A DNA stretch of 64,000 bases from Treponemataceae bacterium (GCA_963677895.2 CAXXGJ010000038.1:544001-608000); one strand, 5' to 3'; shown: positions 1-10,081, counted from the stretch's first letter. The notes: generated by a model not told the origin, from the letters alone. Numbers and translations are program-made.

Positions 1-1505
1 GCGCAGAGCATCTCGTAGATGCGCGTGAAGTTGCCCACGGATTCCTCGATCTGTCCCTTGGCGAAAGAACTCGACTGCCCCGAACGGAGCAGGAGGGGCC
101 AGTCTGAGGCCATGGTGAGGAGAGCCTCCCGGGCTCCCTGGTTCAAGATGCGCTCCCGCAAGCCCGATTCGTTAGGAAAGCGCTCCGCCAGCTCCATCAT
201 CCGCTCGATGGCCTGGTGACTGTGTCGGTGCACCCAGTCGTTGGAGCCGTCCAGCCAGACTTCGGCGTAGCCGCCCTCCCCCCAGGAGGAGAATTCGGGT
301 TCGGAGACGGGGTTTTCGGGGAAATTGCGATCGTATTCGCTCAGGGTGACAAATTCGAGATCGTCGTCACCGTGCTTCCTGGCCGCGGTCTTGAAAAGGG
401 CTTCCAGGAACTGAGGTCCCTCGAACCACCAATGTCCGAAAAGTTCCGCGTCGTAGGGGCAGACGATGAGGGGCTGGCGGTCTTTCATCCAGAAGGAGGC
501 CGCCCTGGCCGCCGCTTTCCTTTCGGCCAGGAATGCGTGGGCATGCTCTATGACCTTTGCCGCCGCGGAGAGCGGTTCGTAGGGACGCTTTTGGTCGGTA
601 TGGCCAGTCACCGCCCAGTACTTGAAGCCGGTGACGCCATGATCGATGCCCTCGCCGAGGAAGGGTCCCACGTAGGAGGTGTCGAGGTCGTAGCCTATAT
701 CCCGGTAGAAATCGCGATAGACCGGATCGGCGGGATAGCCTTCGGTTTCGGACCATACGGCTTTCGTGGCCCCGGCGTCCCTGATGAAGACCGTGAGGCC
801 GGAGGGGCTCGTGACGGGCGAAAATGAGCCGTAGAAGGGAGTGGGATGCCCGAGAAGAGCTCCCCTGGTCGTGACGATCGTGTACTTGATGTTGTAGTCG
901 TGCAGGAGCTCGCCGAGCCCGGGATACCAGCCGAACTGGGGAAGCCAGAATCCCTGCGGGTTCTTCCCGAATACCGAGCGGTGGGTGACTATGGCGGTTT
1001 CCACCTGGGCGTGGATGGCTTGGGGAGCGTCCTGGAAGAGGGGAAGGAAGGCGTGGGTGGCGCCGCTCGTGAGCACTTCGATCTTGCCTTTCTTGTAGAA
1101 GTAATCGAAGGCGGTGAGGATATTCTTCAGATAGAGATTATCAAAATCGTCTTTGTTGCGCTTGTACAGCGTATGATAAAGCTGCGCGATCGGAGCGAAT
1201 ACCGAATCGCCGGAGAGTCTTTTCTTTTCCTGCGCCGCCAGCTCCAGCTGCAGGTCGAGATAACGCGAATAGCGATCGCAGAGAATCTTGTCGGAGAGCA
1301 TGGCCAGCAAGGTGGGAGAAATCGCGATGCTCAGCTTGAAAGGGATGTTTTCGGTTTCGAGTTTCCTGAAAAGCCTCAGGAGCGGGAGGTATGTCTCCGA
1401 AATCGCCTCGAACAGCCAGCGTTCCTCGAAGAACGGGTCAATTTCAGGTTTCCTGACGAAGGGAAGATGGGCATTGAGCACCAGTGCGAGGCAGGGCTTT
1501 TTCAT
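1..1505 (-). CDS. GH57 1,4-alpha-glucan branching enzyme (DUF1957), 3'-truncated by window edge
   Basis: Not in the ORF track; translated by hand from ATG at 1505: MKKPCLALVLNAHLPFVR...ERWLFEAISETYLPLL...ATHAFLPL...GFWLP...PYDAELFGHWWFEGP...ASDWP, which are GH57 branching-enzyme motifs; frame open to the window edge. Confidence 0.9.
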   Translation of the reverse strand, partial: MKKPCLALVLNAHLPFVRKPEIDPFFEERWLFEAISETYLPLLRLFRKLETENIPFKLSIAISPTLLAMLSDKILCDRYSRYLDLQLELAAQEKKRLSGDSVFAPIAQLYHTLYKRNKDDFDNLYLKNILTAFDYFYKKGKIEVLTSGATHAFLPLFQDAPQAIHAQVETAIVTHRSVFGKNPQGFWLPQFGWYPGLGELLHDYNIKYTIVTTRGALLGHPTPFYGSFSPVTSPSGLTVFIRDAGATKAVWSETEGYPADPVYRDFYRDIGYDLDTSYVGPFLGEGIDHGVTGFKYWAVTGHTDQKRPYEPLSAAAKVIEHAHAFLAERKAAARAASFWMKDRQPLIVCPYDAELFGHWWFEGPQFLEALFKTAARKHGDDDLEFVTLSEYDRNFPENPVSEPEFSSWGEGGYAEVWLDGSNDWVHRHSHQAIERMMELAERFPNESGLRERILNQGAREALLTMASDWPLLLRSGQSSSFAKGQIEESVGNFTRIYEMLC

Positions 1506-1514
1506 CTTCTTCCT

Positions 1515-2210
1515 TTACTCTCCATCAGCCATCAGTATCCTGTTTGGATTATCGTCCCTCGGTTCGGTCAAATGTAATCCTTCAATACCGGAGAGAATCA
1601 GCAGGCTCTTCGTAATTTGGGGCATTTGCTGCGCTCGATGCATATAGTAAACCGGCATGCGCACTTCGTTGGAACGCGCGAGCGCCCTGATCTTATCACT
1701 TTTGTGCAGGCACAAGTCAACCCGATAGGTGGAGCCGGGCTGGGGGATATTGATATACCATTTCCAGTCGTCCGGGCTGATGCCTATATCGAAGAAGCTA
1801 TTCCTGCGCTCGCTCTGCGGATTCAGTTCGATGACCCGCAGGAACAAGCCGGCCGTGGACTGCTCTTCGGTGAAGGAAGTTCTTTTCTGCTCCGAAATAT
1901 CCCAATACGCGTAGATCCATGAAGGATCGCGGGGGAGAGCGCGTATCATCGTCTCGTTATAGCGTTCCGGAATGCCTGAATGGTCGTGCGAAGGATAGGG
2001 GGCATAGGATCCGCCGGAGAGCTTTTTTTCCTCGACATGGCCGGTCCCGTCATGGCTGAACACTCTCTCCCTGTCGTCGTCCTCCAGCGCCGAGATTATT
2101 TCCTCGATGATGAAGGGCCGGTCCAAACCGTCAGGGATATAGATACCCATACGTTCAGCCAGAAGCATCAGCTCCTGATCGGAAAGCAGCGAAAGCTTTT
2201 CGGGGTTCAC
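1515..2210 (-). CDS. DUF4912 domain protein
   Basis: PERYNETMIRALPRDPSWIYAYWDI...WYINI...ARSN signature; usual position upstream of GH57. Confidence 0.85.
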   Translation of the reverse strand: MNPEKLSLLSDQELMLLAERMGIYIPDGLDRPFIIEEIISALEDDDRERVFSHDGTGHVEEKKLSGGSYAPYPSHDHSGIPERYNETMIRALPRDPSWIYAYWDISEQKRTSFTEEQSTAGLFLRVIELNPQSERRNSFFDIGISPDDWKWYINIPQPGSTYRVDLCLHKSDKIRALARSNEVRMPVYYMHRAQQMPQITKSLLILSGIEGLHLTEPRDDNPNRILMADGE

Positions 2211-2260
2211 GCCCTTATAGTGAAAAATGCGAGCGTGCTTGTCAAGTATGAAGGGAAGCT

Positions 2261-3421
2261 TTAGGGCGATACCGAGGGCAACTCGGCTCTTTTCCCCGAA
2301 GGCCTTCGCCTTCTTCTCGTCTTCTGCGGCTTTTGCAGGGGGGAGAGGCCTGAAGTCCTGAATATCATGAGGATGGCGGCTTCCAGCTCCACGCGAGGGG
2401 GATTCAGGGGCTGGATGAATGATCGGGCCGAGAGAAGAGCAGTACGGAAGGCTTCGCTGGAATCTTCGAACGTGCCCCCTTCGGGTACGATCCAGGATTT
2501 CAGGAACCAGGAAAGGATCACCGAGAGTTTTTGCTGCCCCCTGGACGCGGAATCCGCGTCGGTCTCCTCGATATCACTGTCGCTTACCTCTATCCGCAGG
2601 GCGTCGAGGGCTTGGAGGTCGGCGAAAAGTTTCTGCGAGTAACCGAGGTCAGTCTGGATTTTCGCCCATACGGAGGGCACGAAATATTCCAGAAGCCTGA
2701 ATTCGCTTAATATTCGGAAGATGCGCTCCGATTTCCCCGAAGCCAGAATCTTGAAGAATTCTTCCGTCATCCTCGAGCTGCTTACGTCGGCCAATAGATG
2801 GGCGTCTTTCTTTATGGCGTGCTTCAGCGCGAAAGGAATCTTGAAATCCGCCAGAGCCCCGTATTTAACCCCGCGTATGATTCGCACAGGGTCTTCCTTG
2901 AAGATCCGGTTGAGGGGGATGATCGGCTTGATCCTTCCGGCCTTGAGATCCTTGAATCCCCCCACGAAGTCGACGAGGGTCTGGTCTGTGGGGTCGTAGT
3001 ACAGCGCGTTGAACGTGAAATCCCGGCGAAGCACGTCCTCGTCGATGCTGCCGAATTCGTTGCCCACCGATCCGTTCTTGATGGATCTGAACGTGCTCAC
3101 TTCGAATATCTCGCCGCCGGCCATGATATGGACGAGACGGAATCGTTTGCCGATGATGCGGGCGTTGCGGAAAAGCTTTCTGATCTTGGTGGGCAAAGCG
3201 TCGGTGACCAGATCGAAATCCTTGGGTTTCCTGTCCTGCACAAGGTCGCGCACGGCGCCGCCCACGATATATGCCTGATGGCCAGCACCCTTGAGACGCT
3301 CGATGATCCTGACAGCCTCCGGATCGATCATGGTCTTCTTAATGCCATGTTCTTGTTCCGTATAGATCAGCGCTTGTTCGACAGGTTTGCCTTTTTTGTC
3401 TCTACGATATCGGATGAACAC
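2261..3421 (-). CDS. pcnB: poly(A) polymerase / polynucleotide adenylyltransferase
   Basis: YIVGGAVRD, KPKDFD, IIGKRFRLVH (PAP-specific), RRDFTFNALYY, EDPVRIIR. Confidence 0.9.
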   Translation of the reverse strand: MFIRYRRDKKGKPVEQALIYTEQEHGIKKTMIDPEAVRIIERLKGAGHQAYIVGGAVRDLVQDRKPKDFDLVTDALPTKIRKLFRNARIIGKRFRLVHIMAGGEIFEVSTFRSIKNGSVGNEFGSIDEDVLRRDFTFNALYYDPTDQTLVDFVGGFKDLKAGRIKPIIPLNRIFKEDPVRIIRGVKYGALADFKIPFALKHAIKKDAHLLADVSSSRMTEEFFKILASGKSERIFRILSEFRLLEYFVPSVWAKIQTDLGYSQKLFADLQALDALRIEVSDSDIEETDADSASRGQQKLSVILSWFLKSWIVPEGGTFEDSSEAFRTALLSARSFIQPLNPPRVELEAAILMIFRTSGLSPLQKPQKTRRRRRPSGKRAELPSVSP

Positions 3422-3516
3422 AGAAAAGCCTCACTCGTTCAACATAATGCGAACCCCGAATCCTGCTTGGATTTGCCGCTTGAAAACCGGATCAATTATG
3501 CGATTATACGCCGCGT

Positions 3517-4446
3517 TTATGCAATATGCCGCAAAAACCAGTCGGTGATATCGGACAGGACCTCGTCCTTGTTCAATTCGTTGATGCTCTCGTGCCTGCC
3601 GCCCTCGTAACATTTCGATTCGAAATCGACAAGCCCCAATCCCCTGAAGGTGCGCGATATCATTTCGAATCCAGCTTTCATCCCGGCGACGGGATCCTCC
3701 GATCCGCCGATCAAGTATATCGGAAGATTCGTCGGGATGCTGTCCAGGAAACTTTCGGAATAGACTTGTTCGAGACCATGCATCAGGTCGCCGTAGAAAC
3801 CGAAGGAGCAGATGAAATTGCATTTGGGGTCGGCGATGTATTTATCGACGTGTTCCGGGTCCCTGCTGATCCAGTCCGATCCTGTCCTCCTGTTCTTGAC
3901 GGTCTTGGCATAATTGCCGAAGGTCATCGAGCGGAGAATCCTCGCCGGAGCGTGTCCGCCTTTGAACAGCTTGCCGATCTTCACGACGAACTTTCCGGCG
4001 AGAGCCAGGAAGGGCGTCGGTTTCTCGGGCAGTCCCGATAGAATCACGCCATCCATATACTTGCCGTATATGCCGCTGAGAGCGAGACAAAGAATTGCCC
4101 CGAAGGAATGCCCGAAATAATAGAGAGGAAGACCTCCCTGCTCCTTCGCGGCGAAGTCGCCCAGCTCCATAAGATCCTCGACGACTCTCTCAAACCCGTT
4201 CGAATCGGCGAGATAGCCTCGATTCGCGCCGTCGTCGGTATCTCCATGACCGCGGAGATCGGGTATGTAAACGGCTAGGCCGGTATCGGCCAGGGCTTCC
4301 GCCAGATGGGAGTAGCGGCCCCCGTGTTCATTCATGCCATGCCCGATCACGACAACGGCTTTAGCCTGCGTGGAGGGAATCACTTTTTGATACGCGATCA
4401 ACTTTCCATCGGATGCGGGAAATCTCAAACCACTTTTTGTCACCAC
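3517..4446 (-). CDS. alpha/beta hydrolase (lysophospholipase-like)
   Basis: HGMNEHGGRY, DLRGHG, GHSFG nucleophile elbow, EDPV, RHES. Confidence 0.85.
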   Translation of the reverse strand: MVTKSGLRFPASDGKLIAYQKVIPSTQAKAVVVIGHGMNEHGGRYSHLAEALADTGLAVYIPDLRGHGDTDDGANRGYLADSNGFERVVEDLMELGDFAAKEQGGLPLYYFGHSFGAILCLALSGIYGKYMDGVILSGLPEKPTPFLALAGKFVVKIGKLFKGGHAPARILRSMTFGNYAKTVKNRRTGSDWISRDPEHVDKYIADPKCNFICSFGFYGDLMHGLEQVYSESFLDSIPTNLPIYLIGGSEDPVAGMKAGFEMISRTFRGLGLVDFESKCYEGGRHESINELNKDEVLSDITDWFLRHIA

Positions 4447-4633
4447 AATCCTCCATAGGAACCCAGGTCATTACAGGACATATATAATCAGATCTCCCCA
4501 GTACGGGTCTGCTTTATTCTCGGTATATTCGCGGGAATAATTTACCATGGATTGGGCAGAAATCCCAAGGCCTCTGAAATGGTGCTGGCGCAAGATCGGT
4601 CCATGGCGGTATACTCGTGCCGCGGAGAAAATT

Positions 4634-5074
4634 CTGAAGACATTCATATCACATGGCAGGGAAGAGACGCTCGCGTTAGGGGAACTCATAGGAAAATCGG
4701 TTCCCGGCGGTGCCGTCATCGTCTACAGGGGCGATCTCGGCGCCGGCAAAACCACCATGAGCAAGGGCATCGCGAAAGGTCTCGGGATAACCGAGGAAGT
4801 GACCTCCCCTACCTACACGATCGTATCCGAATATAAAGGCAGACTCACGCTCTACCATATCGACGCTTACCGGCTTTCGGGAGAAGCCGACTTTTTCGAA
4901 ATCGGCGGGCTGGAAATGCTTGAGGAACCCGGCAGCCTCTGCCTTATCGAATGGGGCGAAAGGCTGCCCGAAATAGTGAACGAAAGAACGGCCATCATAG
5001 AAATACAATTCGAAAAAGACGACAACCGCCGGATTTCCCTCCAGGGAGCCTGGCTGGAGGCATTGCTGCCATGA
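4634..5074 (+). CDS. tsaE: tRNA t6A biosynthesis ATPase TsaE (start uncertain; ORF track starts at 4547)
   Basis: GDLGAGKTT Walker A, VTSPTYTI, HIDAYRL, IEWGE; adjacent to tsaB. Confidence 0.9.
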   Translation: MKTFISHGREETLALGELIGKSVPGGAVIVYRGDLGAGKTTMSKGIAKGLGITEEVTSPTYTIVSEYKGRLTLYHIDAYRLSGEADFFEIGGLEMLEEPGSLCLIEWGERLPEIVNERTAIIEIQFEKDDNRRISLQGAWLEALLP

Positions 5075-5715
5075 ATATTCTCGTATTCGATACGTCCACC
5101 GATATGCTCGCCGTGGGCGTAAAAATCGACGGGAGCATAAAAACGAGCGTGGAAAGCGGGTTCAGACATTCGGAAACCCTGCTGCCCACCATCGAGCGTT
5201 GCCTGGCCGACGCCTCGATCGGCTTGAAGGATATCGATCTCATCGCCTGCACAAGCGGCCCCGGTTCATTCACGGGTCTGCGCATAGGCATGTCCACGGC
5301 CAAGGGCCTCGCGCTGGCGCTGGGCCTGCCCTGGGTCGGCGTCCCCACCCTCGACTGTATGGCTTTCGGCCGGGAAAAGCCGGGGCGGACCGTGGTTCCC
5401 GTCATGGACGCGCGGAAAAACAGGATCTACGCCGCGCTCTATCAGGGCGGGCAAAGGCTGAGCGAATATCTCGACCTGTCCCTGTCCGCCCTGCTCGCCG
5501 CGGTGGACGGCGAGGCCGAGGTTTCTTTCGTCGGCCCCGACGCCGATCTCCTCTCGGACTATGCCCTCGAAAGACCGGGGTTCAGCATCGAAAAGGACGA
5601 TCCAGCAGGGCGGCTTGCGGGACTGGCCGCCCTCGCCGAAATCCAATTCAGGGAAAAAGGCGGCGCCGGTGAAATGGAAGGCCCGCTCTATCTGCGCGAA
5701 CCGGAGATAGGCTGA
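5071..5715 (+). CDS. tsaB: tRNA t6A biosynthesis protein TsaB
   Basis: MNILVFDTST, HSETL, GPGSFTGLRIG, DARKNRIY, PLYLR; ATGA overlap with tsaE. Confidence 0.92.
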   Translation: MNILVFDTSTDMLAVGVKIDGSIKTSVESGFRHSETLLPTIERCLADASIGLKDIDLIACTSGPGSFTGLRIGMSTAKGLALALGLPWVGVPTLDCMAFGREKPGRTVVPVMDARKNRIYAALYQGGQRLSEYLDLSLSALLAAVDGEAEVSFVGPDADLLSDYALERPGFSIEKDDPAGRLAGLAALAEIQFREKGGAGEMEGPLYLREPEIG

Positions 5716-5743
5716 AATTACCGGCCGGGCAATGCCAGGCGAT

Positions 5744-6871
5744 TTACAGCAGCTTGATGTAGACTCTCCTGCGCTTGTGTTGCCTTCTGGGATAGTTCTT
5801 CCAAAGTCCCTGTACCGCTATATTCGTTTCCAGCTCCGGATTCGTCTCCGAAAACTTGATGCCGGCCTCTATCGCGCTTTGGTTGAGGGTGGTCATCATG
5901 AGCGCCACGATGCCTCTCTGGAGATATTCCTTGCGGACCGCGATCAGCATCATATCGATAGTCTTGGGGTGCTTTAGCGCCCAGAGGAGTCTGGCCCAGC
6001 CGAGGGGGAACAATCTGCCCCTCGATTTGTAGAGGGCCTCCGAAAGGCTCGGTATCGTAATGGCAAAGCCGACCAGCTTGTCGTCCTTATCCACCATTAC
6101 TTTCGTGAAACGCGGATCGACGAAGCCCAGATACTGATCGATATAGGCTTCCACCTGCCTGCGCGAAAGCGGCGTCGTGCCGTAAAGCCCCGCGTAGGCT
6201 TCGTCGAGGAGATCGAAAATCTGATCGGCGTAGTCCGCGATGAGCTTTTTCTTGCTCTTCCAGTCAAGCAGCTTCACGCCGGAACGTTTGGCCAGGATTT
6301 CGTTCACCCGCAGTATTTTTTCGGGAATGGCGTCGGGCGTCTGGATCTGGAACTCCAGCCAATCGACATCCTTGGCATAGCCGAGCTTTTCCATGTAGAC
6401 GGAATAATACGGATGATTGTAGATCGTGGCGAAGGTGGCCCGCTCGTTGAATCCTTCCACGAGCATCCCCTCCCTGTCGAGATCGGTGAAGCCGAGAGGA
6501 CCGTGCACGCCTTCCATTCCCTTCGAGCGCGCCCATTTTTCCACGGTCTGGACCAGAGCCTCGGCCACTTCGAAATCTTCGATGAAGTCGATCCATCCGA
6601 ATCTGGCGTATTTTTTTCCCCATTTTTCGACATAGCGGTGGTTGATGATGCCGGCGATTCTGCCGACCATCACGCCGTCTTTCCAGGCTGTCCAGTATTC
6701 GGCTTCGCAGAATTCAAAGGCGGGATTCTTCTTTCTGTTGAGGGTGTTCATATCGTCAAACAGAAAGGCCGGCACCCAGTTGGGCTCGTCGCCATAGATA
6801 GTTTCAGGGAACGCCACGAAGGCCTTAAGCTCGGCTTTGGAGGCTACTGGTCTTATTTCGATGCTCATCAT
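5744..6871 (-). CDS. YghO-like GNAT-fold N-acetyltransferase
   Basis: FVAFPETIY...NWVP, NPAF, GRIA, GPLGFTD, YNHPYY, ELETN. Confidence 0.7.
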   Translation of the reverse strand: MMSIEIRPVASKAELKAFVAFPETIYGDEPNWVPAFLFDDMNTLNRKKNPAFEFCEAEYWTAWKDGVMVGRIAGIINHRYVEKWGKKYARFGWIDFIEDFEVAEALVQTVEKWARSKGMEGVHGPLGFTDLDREGMLVEGFNERATFATIYNHPYYSVYMEKLGYAKDVDWLEFQIQTPDAIPEKILRVNEILAKRSGVKLLDWKSKKKLIADYADQIFDLLDEAYAGLYGTTPLSRRQVEAYIDQYLGFVDPRFTKVMVDKDDKLVGFAITIPSLSEALYKSRGRLFPLGWARLLWALKHPKTIDMMLIAVRKEYLQRGIVALMMTTLNQSAIEAGIKFSETNPELETNIAVQGLWKNYPRRQHKRRRVYIKLL

Positions 6872-7140
6872 CGCTCCTGCTTATTCTCTGCTGACTTCAA
6901 TTCCGCCGCCCATTCGAAGATGAAATGCTCGTATGCGGCGATCGTCGCGGATGAGACGATATCGCCCAGTTCTCCTCTGCCCAGCCAGTCGTTCCCCTCG
7001 AGGACATACTGATGTTCAAGGGCGGCCCTCGCGTCCTCGAGCGTGAATCCGGGATCGACGCGCCTGTGGTTTTCCAGCCCCTTGAGCGTGCTTTCAAACA
7101 ATTCTTCTTTTTTCTCTTCACGCCAATCAGTCGATGACAT
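6868..7140 (-). CDS. hypothetical protein (90 aa)
   Basis: ATG at 7140 after GGAG; stop overlaps the start of the GNAT gene. Confidence 0.6.
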   Translation of the reverse strand: MSSTDWREEKKEELFESTLKGLENHRRVDPGFTLEDARAALEHQYVLEGNDWLGRGELGDIVSSATIAAYEHFIFEWAAELKSAENKQER

Positions 7141-7268
7141 CGATGCTCCGGAAAACCAGGATTTATGGAAGAAGCCGGCATCCCCGAAGAATGCGTCCTT
7201 CCTCTTTTTCTCGCGGAAGTATAGCGGCGCGTTCATCAATTGTAAAGCAGAGCAGGATTCAAAAGGCC

Positions 7269-7298
7269 TTGACTAAGTCCCGCGCGAGCAGGTATAAA
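7269..7298 (+). promoter_or_regulatory. sigma70-type promoter for tRNA-Met
   Basis: TTGACT-18-TATAAA, 12 nt before the tRNA. Confidence 0.6.
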
Positions 7299-7310
7299 TC
7301 TTCCGTCCAT

Positions 7311-7383
7311 GGCGAGGTAGCTCAGTTGGCAGAGCAAGCGGCTCATATCCGCTGGGTCGTGGGTTCAATCCCCTCCCTCGCTA
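7311..7383 (+). tRNA. tRNA-Met (CAT), non-initiator type
   Basis: Cloverleaf: acceptor GGCGAGG/CCTCGCT, anticodon arm AGCGG-CTCATAT-CCGCT, T loop TTCAATC; paired position 1-72 and no GGG/CCC initiator signature; Ile2 not excluded. Confidence 0.9.
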
Positions 7384-7392
7384 CCTATATTC

Positions 7393-7422
7393 AAGGTCCT
7401 CATTGTGAGGGCCTTTTTTTTT
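7393..7422 (+). terminator. rho-independent terminator
   Basis: AAGGTCCTCA-TTG-TGAGGGCCTT followed by a T tract. Confidence 0.8.
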
Positions 7423-7438
7423 GTATATACTCCCCCGC

Positions 7439-8305
7439 ATGGAATCTTCCAGAATCAAGCCAAAACCGGAATGGATCAAAGTCAGACTCCCCGCCGGCAA
7501 TGAATGGAAAAAAGTCGACGATATCTTGGCCAAGCATGGCCTCCATACCGTCTGCGATGAAGCGCGCTGCCCGAACAAGGGCGAATGCTGGGGCTGCGGA
7601 ACCGCGACCTTCATGGTGCTGGGCGACATCTGCACGAGAGGATGCCGGTTCTGTGCGGTGGAAACGGCCAGAAACGGCAGACCGCTGAGATCCGACGAAC
7701 CCGAGGCCCTCGCCCGGGCGGTGAGCGAGATGGGCCTCTCCTATGCCGTGATCACCTCGGTGGACAGGGACGACCTTCCCGACCGGGGCGCGGCTCACTT
7801 TGCCCTGTGCATCGACGCCATCCGAAGAACGGCGGCCGCTGCCAGGATAGAGGTGCTCATTCCCGACTTCATCGATCAGGAACTAACCGTGATAGCGGCT
7901 TCGCGGCCTGATGTGCTCGCCCACAACGTGGAGACGGTTCGGAGGCTCCAGCATGTCAGGGATGGCCGGGCCAGCTTCGACAGAAGTCTTAAAACCCTAA
8001 GGCAGGCCAAGGAATCAGGTGTCCAGGCGACGAAATCCAGCATTCTTCTCGGCCTAGGGGAAACCAGGGATGAGCTCAAGACGACCTATGCCGAACTGAG
8101 GGATGCGGGAGTGGATATCCTCGTCATGGGACAGTACCTCCAGCCCTCAGCGCGGCAGATTCCCGTGGCCGAATACCTGCATCCCGACACCTTCGCCCTC
8201 TATGCCGAAGACGCGCGGGCCGCCGGTTTCTCGACTGTCGTGGCCGCCCCCTTCGCCAGGACGAGCTACCATGCCTACGACGCGTGGAAGGCGAAGCTCG
8301 GATGA
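7439..8305 (+). CDS. lipA: lipoyl synthase
   Basis: CDEARCPNKGEC (CX4CX5C), CTRGCRFC radical SAM motif, ITSVDRDDL, HNVETV, RTSY. Confidence 0.95.
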   Translation: MESSRIKPKPEWIKVRLPAGNEWKKVDDILAKHGLHTVCDEARCPNKGECWGCGTATFMVLGDICTRGCRFCAVETARNGRPLRSDEPEALARAVSEMGLSYAVITSVDRDDLPDRGAAHFALCIDAIRRTAAAARIEVLIPDFIDQELTVIAASRPDVLAHNVETVRRLQHVRDGRASFDRSLKTLRQAKESGVQATKSSILLGLGETRDELKTTYAELRDAGVDILVMGQYLQPSARQIPVAEYLHPDTFALYAEDARAAGFSTVVAAPFARTSYHAYDAWKAKLG

Positions 8306-8622
8306 AAATTGAAGCAGTGGGCAAACCGGCAGGCTGTAAGCTGCTGAGGATATCAGCCGAATTGACGGAGCCGGTGAATGACGACTGCGTCGTGAGAGCC
8401 ATCTCCATACGCGGCGATTTTTTCGCGATTCCGGAAGAAAAATTCGAAATTGCGGAATCGCGGCTTCGCGGAACGGCATTGGGAAAAATCGGCGATGTCT
8501 TCGACGCGGAAATCCGGAATTTGGGCATTCAGGTCATGGGCATTTCCGGTCAGGGCATTCTGGCGACCATAAGAGGCGCAATCGATGAAACATCCATTCA
8601 GAATACTGCAAACAGGGCTTAA
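8302..8622 (+). CDS. stand-alone lipoate ligase accessory domain (LplB-like)
   Basis: KPAGCKLLR...ISIRGDFFAIPEE...LRG resembles the LplA C-terminal domain; overlaps lipA and the ligase gene. Confidence 0.65.
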   Translation: MKIEAVGKPAGCKLLRISAELTEPVNDDCVVRAISIRGDFFAIPEEKFEIAESRLRGTALGKIGDVFDAEIRNLGIQVMGISGQGILATIRGAIDETSIQNTANRA

Positions 8623-9349
8623 CGACGCGTTTTTCAATATGGGACTCGACGAGGCGATACTGGGATCCGTCGCGGACTCCGCCGCCATACCCACGCTCAG
8701 ACTATACGGCTGGAAACCCTCCGCCATTTCGCTCGGCTATTTCCAGGGCATAGCCGATGAGATCGACATAGAAGCCTGCGAGAGACAAAACGTCGACATC
8801 GTGCGCCGCATCACCGGGGGCGGCGCCGTCTTCCATGACGCCGAAGTGACCTACAGCATAGTAATTCCTGAGGGGCATCCCTTGGCCCCCTCCTCCATCC
8901 TCGATTCCTATTCCATCATCTGCTCGGGCATTATCCAAGGCCTAAGGGAGCTTGGCATTGAAGCGGAATTCGCGCCCATCAACGATATCGTGAGCGGCGG
9001 CAGGAAAATTTCCGGCAACGCGCAGACGCGAAAGCGCGGCTGCCTCCTTCAGCATGGCACCGTGCTGCTCCAGGTCGACGTGGACAACATGTTTACCCTC
9101 TTGAAAGTGCCCAAAGAAAAAGCTTTGGGCAAAATGATCGAAGACGTGAAAGCCAGGGTCACGTCGGTATCGGCCATCCTTCGCAGGGAAATTTCTTTCG
9201 AGGAAGCGGCGGAGGCGATGCGGACCGGCTTTCTGCGCGCCCTCGACATGGATGCGCGGGAAGAAGAACCCAGACCGGAGGAATTGGCCAAGGCGGCGGA
9301 ACTGTCCGCGACAAAATTCCGTGCCAGGGAATGGATCTATAAACGGTGA
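8585..9349 (+). CDS. lplA: lipoate-protein ligase / octanoyltransferase catalytic domain
   Basis: NMGLDEA, TLRLYGW, RRITGGGAVFHD, KISGNAQ, LQHGT. Confidence 0.85.
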   Translation: MKHPFRILQTGLNDAFFNMGLDEAILGSVADSAAIPTLRLYGWKPSAISLGYFQGIADEIDIEACERQNVDIVRRITGGGAVFHDAEVTYSIVIPEGHPLAPSSILDSYSIICSGIIQGLRELGIEAEFAPINDIVSGGRKISGNAQTRKRGCLLQHGTVLLQVDVDNMFTLLKVPKEKALGKMIEDVKARVTSVSAILRREISFEEAAEAMRTGFLRALDMDAREEEPRPEELAKAAELSATKFRAREWIYKR

Positions 9350-10005
9350 TGCCGATGAAATGTTCGATCTGCGGCGAGCCGATGAAGGTTTTTTCCCTGT
9401 CGACGAAAAAATCCACGCTCGCCTACCATCGCTGCGAGCGCTGCGGTTTTATATGTCTAGGAAAACAACACCTCGTCACCCAAGCTGAGGAGAAAGCGCG
9501 TTATCTGCTTCACCGGAACGACATGTCCAATCCGGGGTACGTGGCGTTTCTGCGTTCTTTCATCATGAAAGCGATCGCTCCTTTCAAGGCTCCGGGCCGC
9601 CTTGTCCTGGATTTCGGTTCGGGACCGGCTCCCGTCCTTGCCCGCATGCTCGAAGAAGCGGGCTATCGCTGCGACGTGCACGATCCAGTCTTCGCGAAAA
9701 CAAGATTGTGGAAAAAGCGTCGTTACGACGCGATTTTGCTCCACGAGGTGGCGGAGCATATGCGAAGCCCAGGAACCACGCTCGCCTTCCTCACGACCCT
9801 TGTCGATGAAGGCGGCATAATCGCCATCCGCACCCGCTTCCTGCCGGAATCCATGGAAGACTTCGGCCCGTGGTGGTACCGGATGGATCCGACGCACGTG
9901 AGTTTTTATACGGTTCGCTGCCTTGTGGATTTTTTCGCGGCGCGGGGATTCTCCGTTCTCAGTCTGTCCGCGCCCGACATCATCGTTTTCCAGATGGTCA
10001 ATTGA
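9346..10005 (+). CDS. class I SAM-dependent methyltransferase with N-terminal zinc ribbon
   Basis: CxxC...CxxC, LDFGSGP, EVAEH, WWYRMDPTHVSFY. Confidence 0.8.
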   Translation: MMPMKCSICGEPMKVFSLSTKKSTLAYHRCERCGFICLGKQHLVTQAEEKARYLLHRNDMSNPGYVAFLRSFIMKAIAPFKAPGRLVLDFGSGPAPVLARMLEEAGYRCDVHDPVFAKTRLWKKRRYDAILLHEVAEHMRSPGTTLAFLTTLVDEGGIIAIRTRFLPESMEDFGPWWYRMDPTHVSFYTVRCLVDFFAARGFSVLSLSAPDIIVFQMVN

Positions 10006-10081
10006 CTTCGGAATTCTTTCTGCTACAATTAGTCCGTTCTTCGTTCCGCGCCGAGAATCGCTGAACGCCCAAAGGAACAGT

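Noticed and set aside
216..1577. Plus-strand ORFs 216-827 and 846-1577
   Set aside because: They are antisense to the GH57 gene, which the ORF track missed because it runs off the window edge
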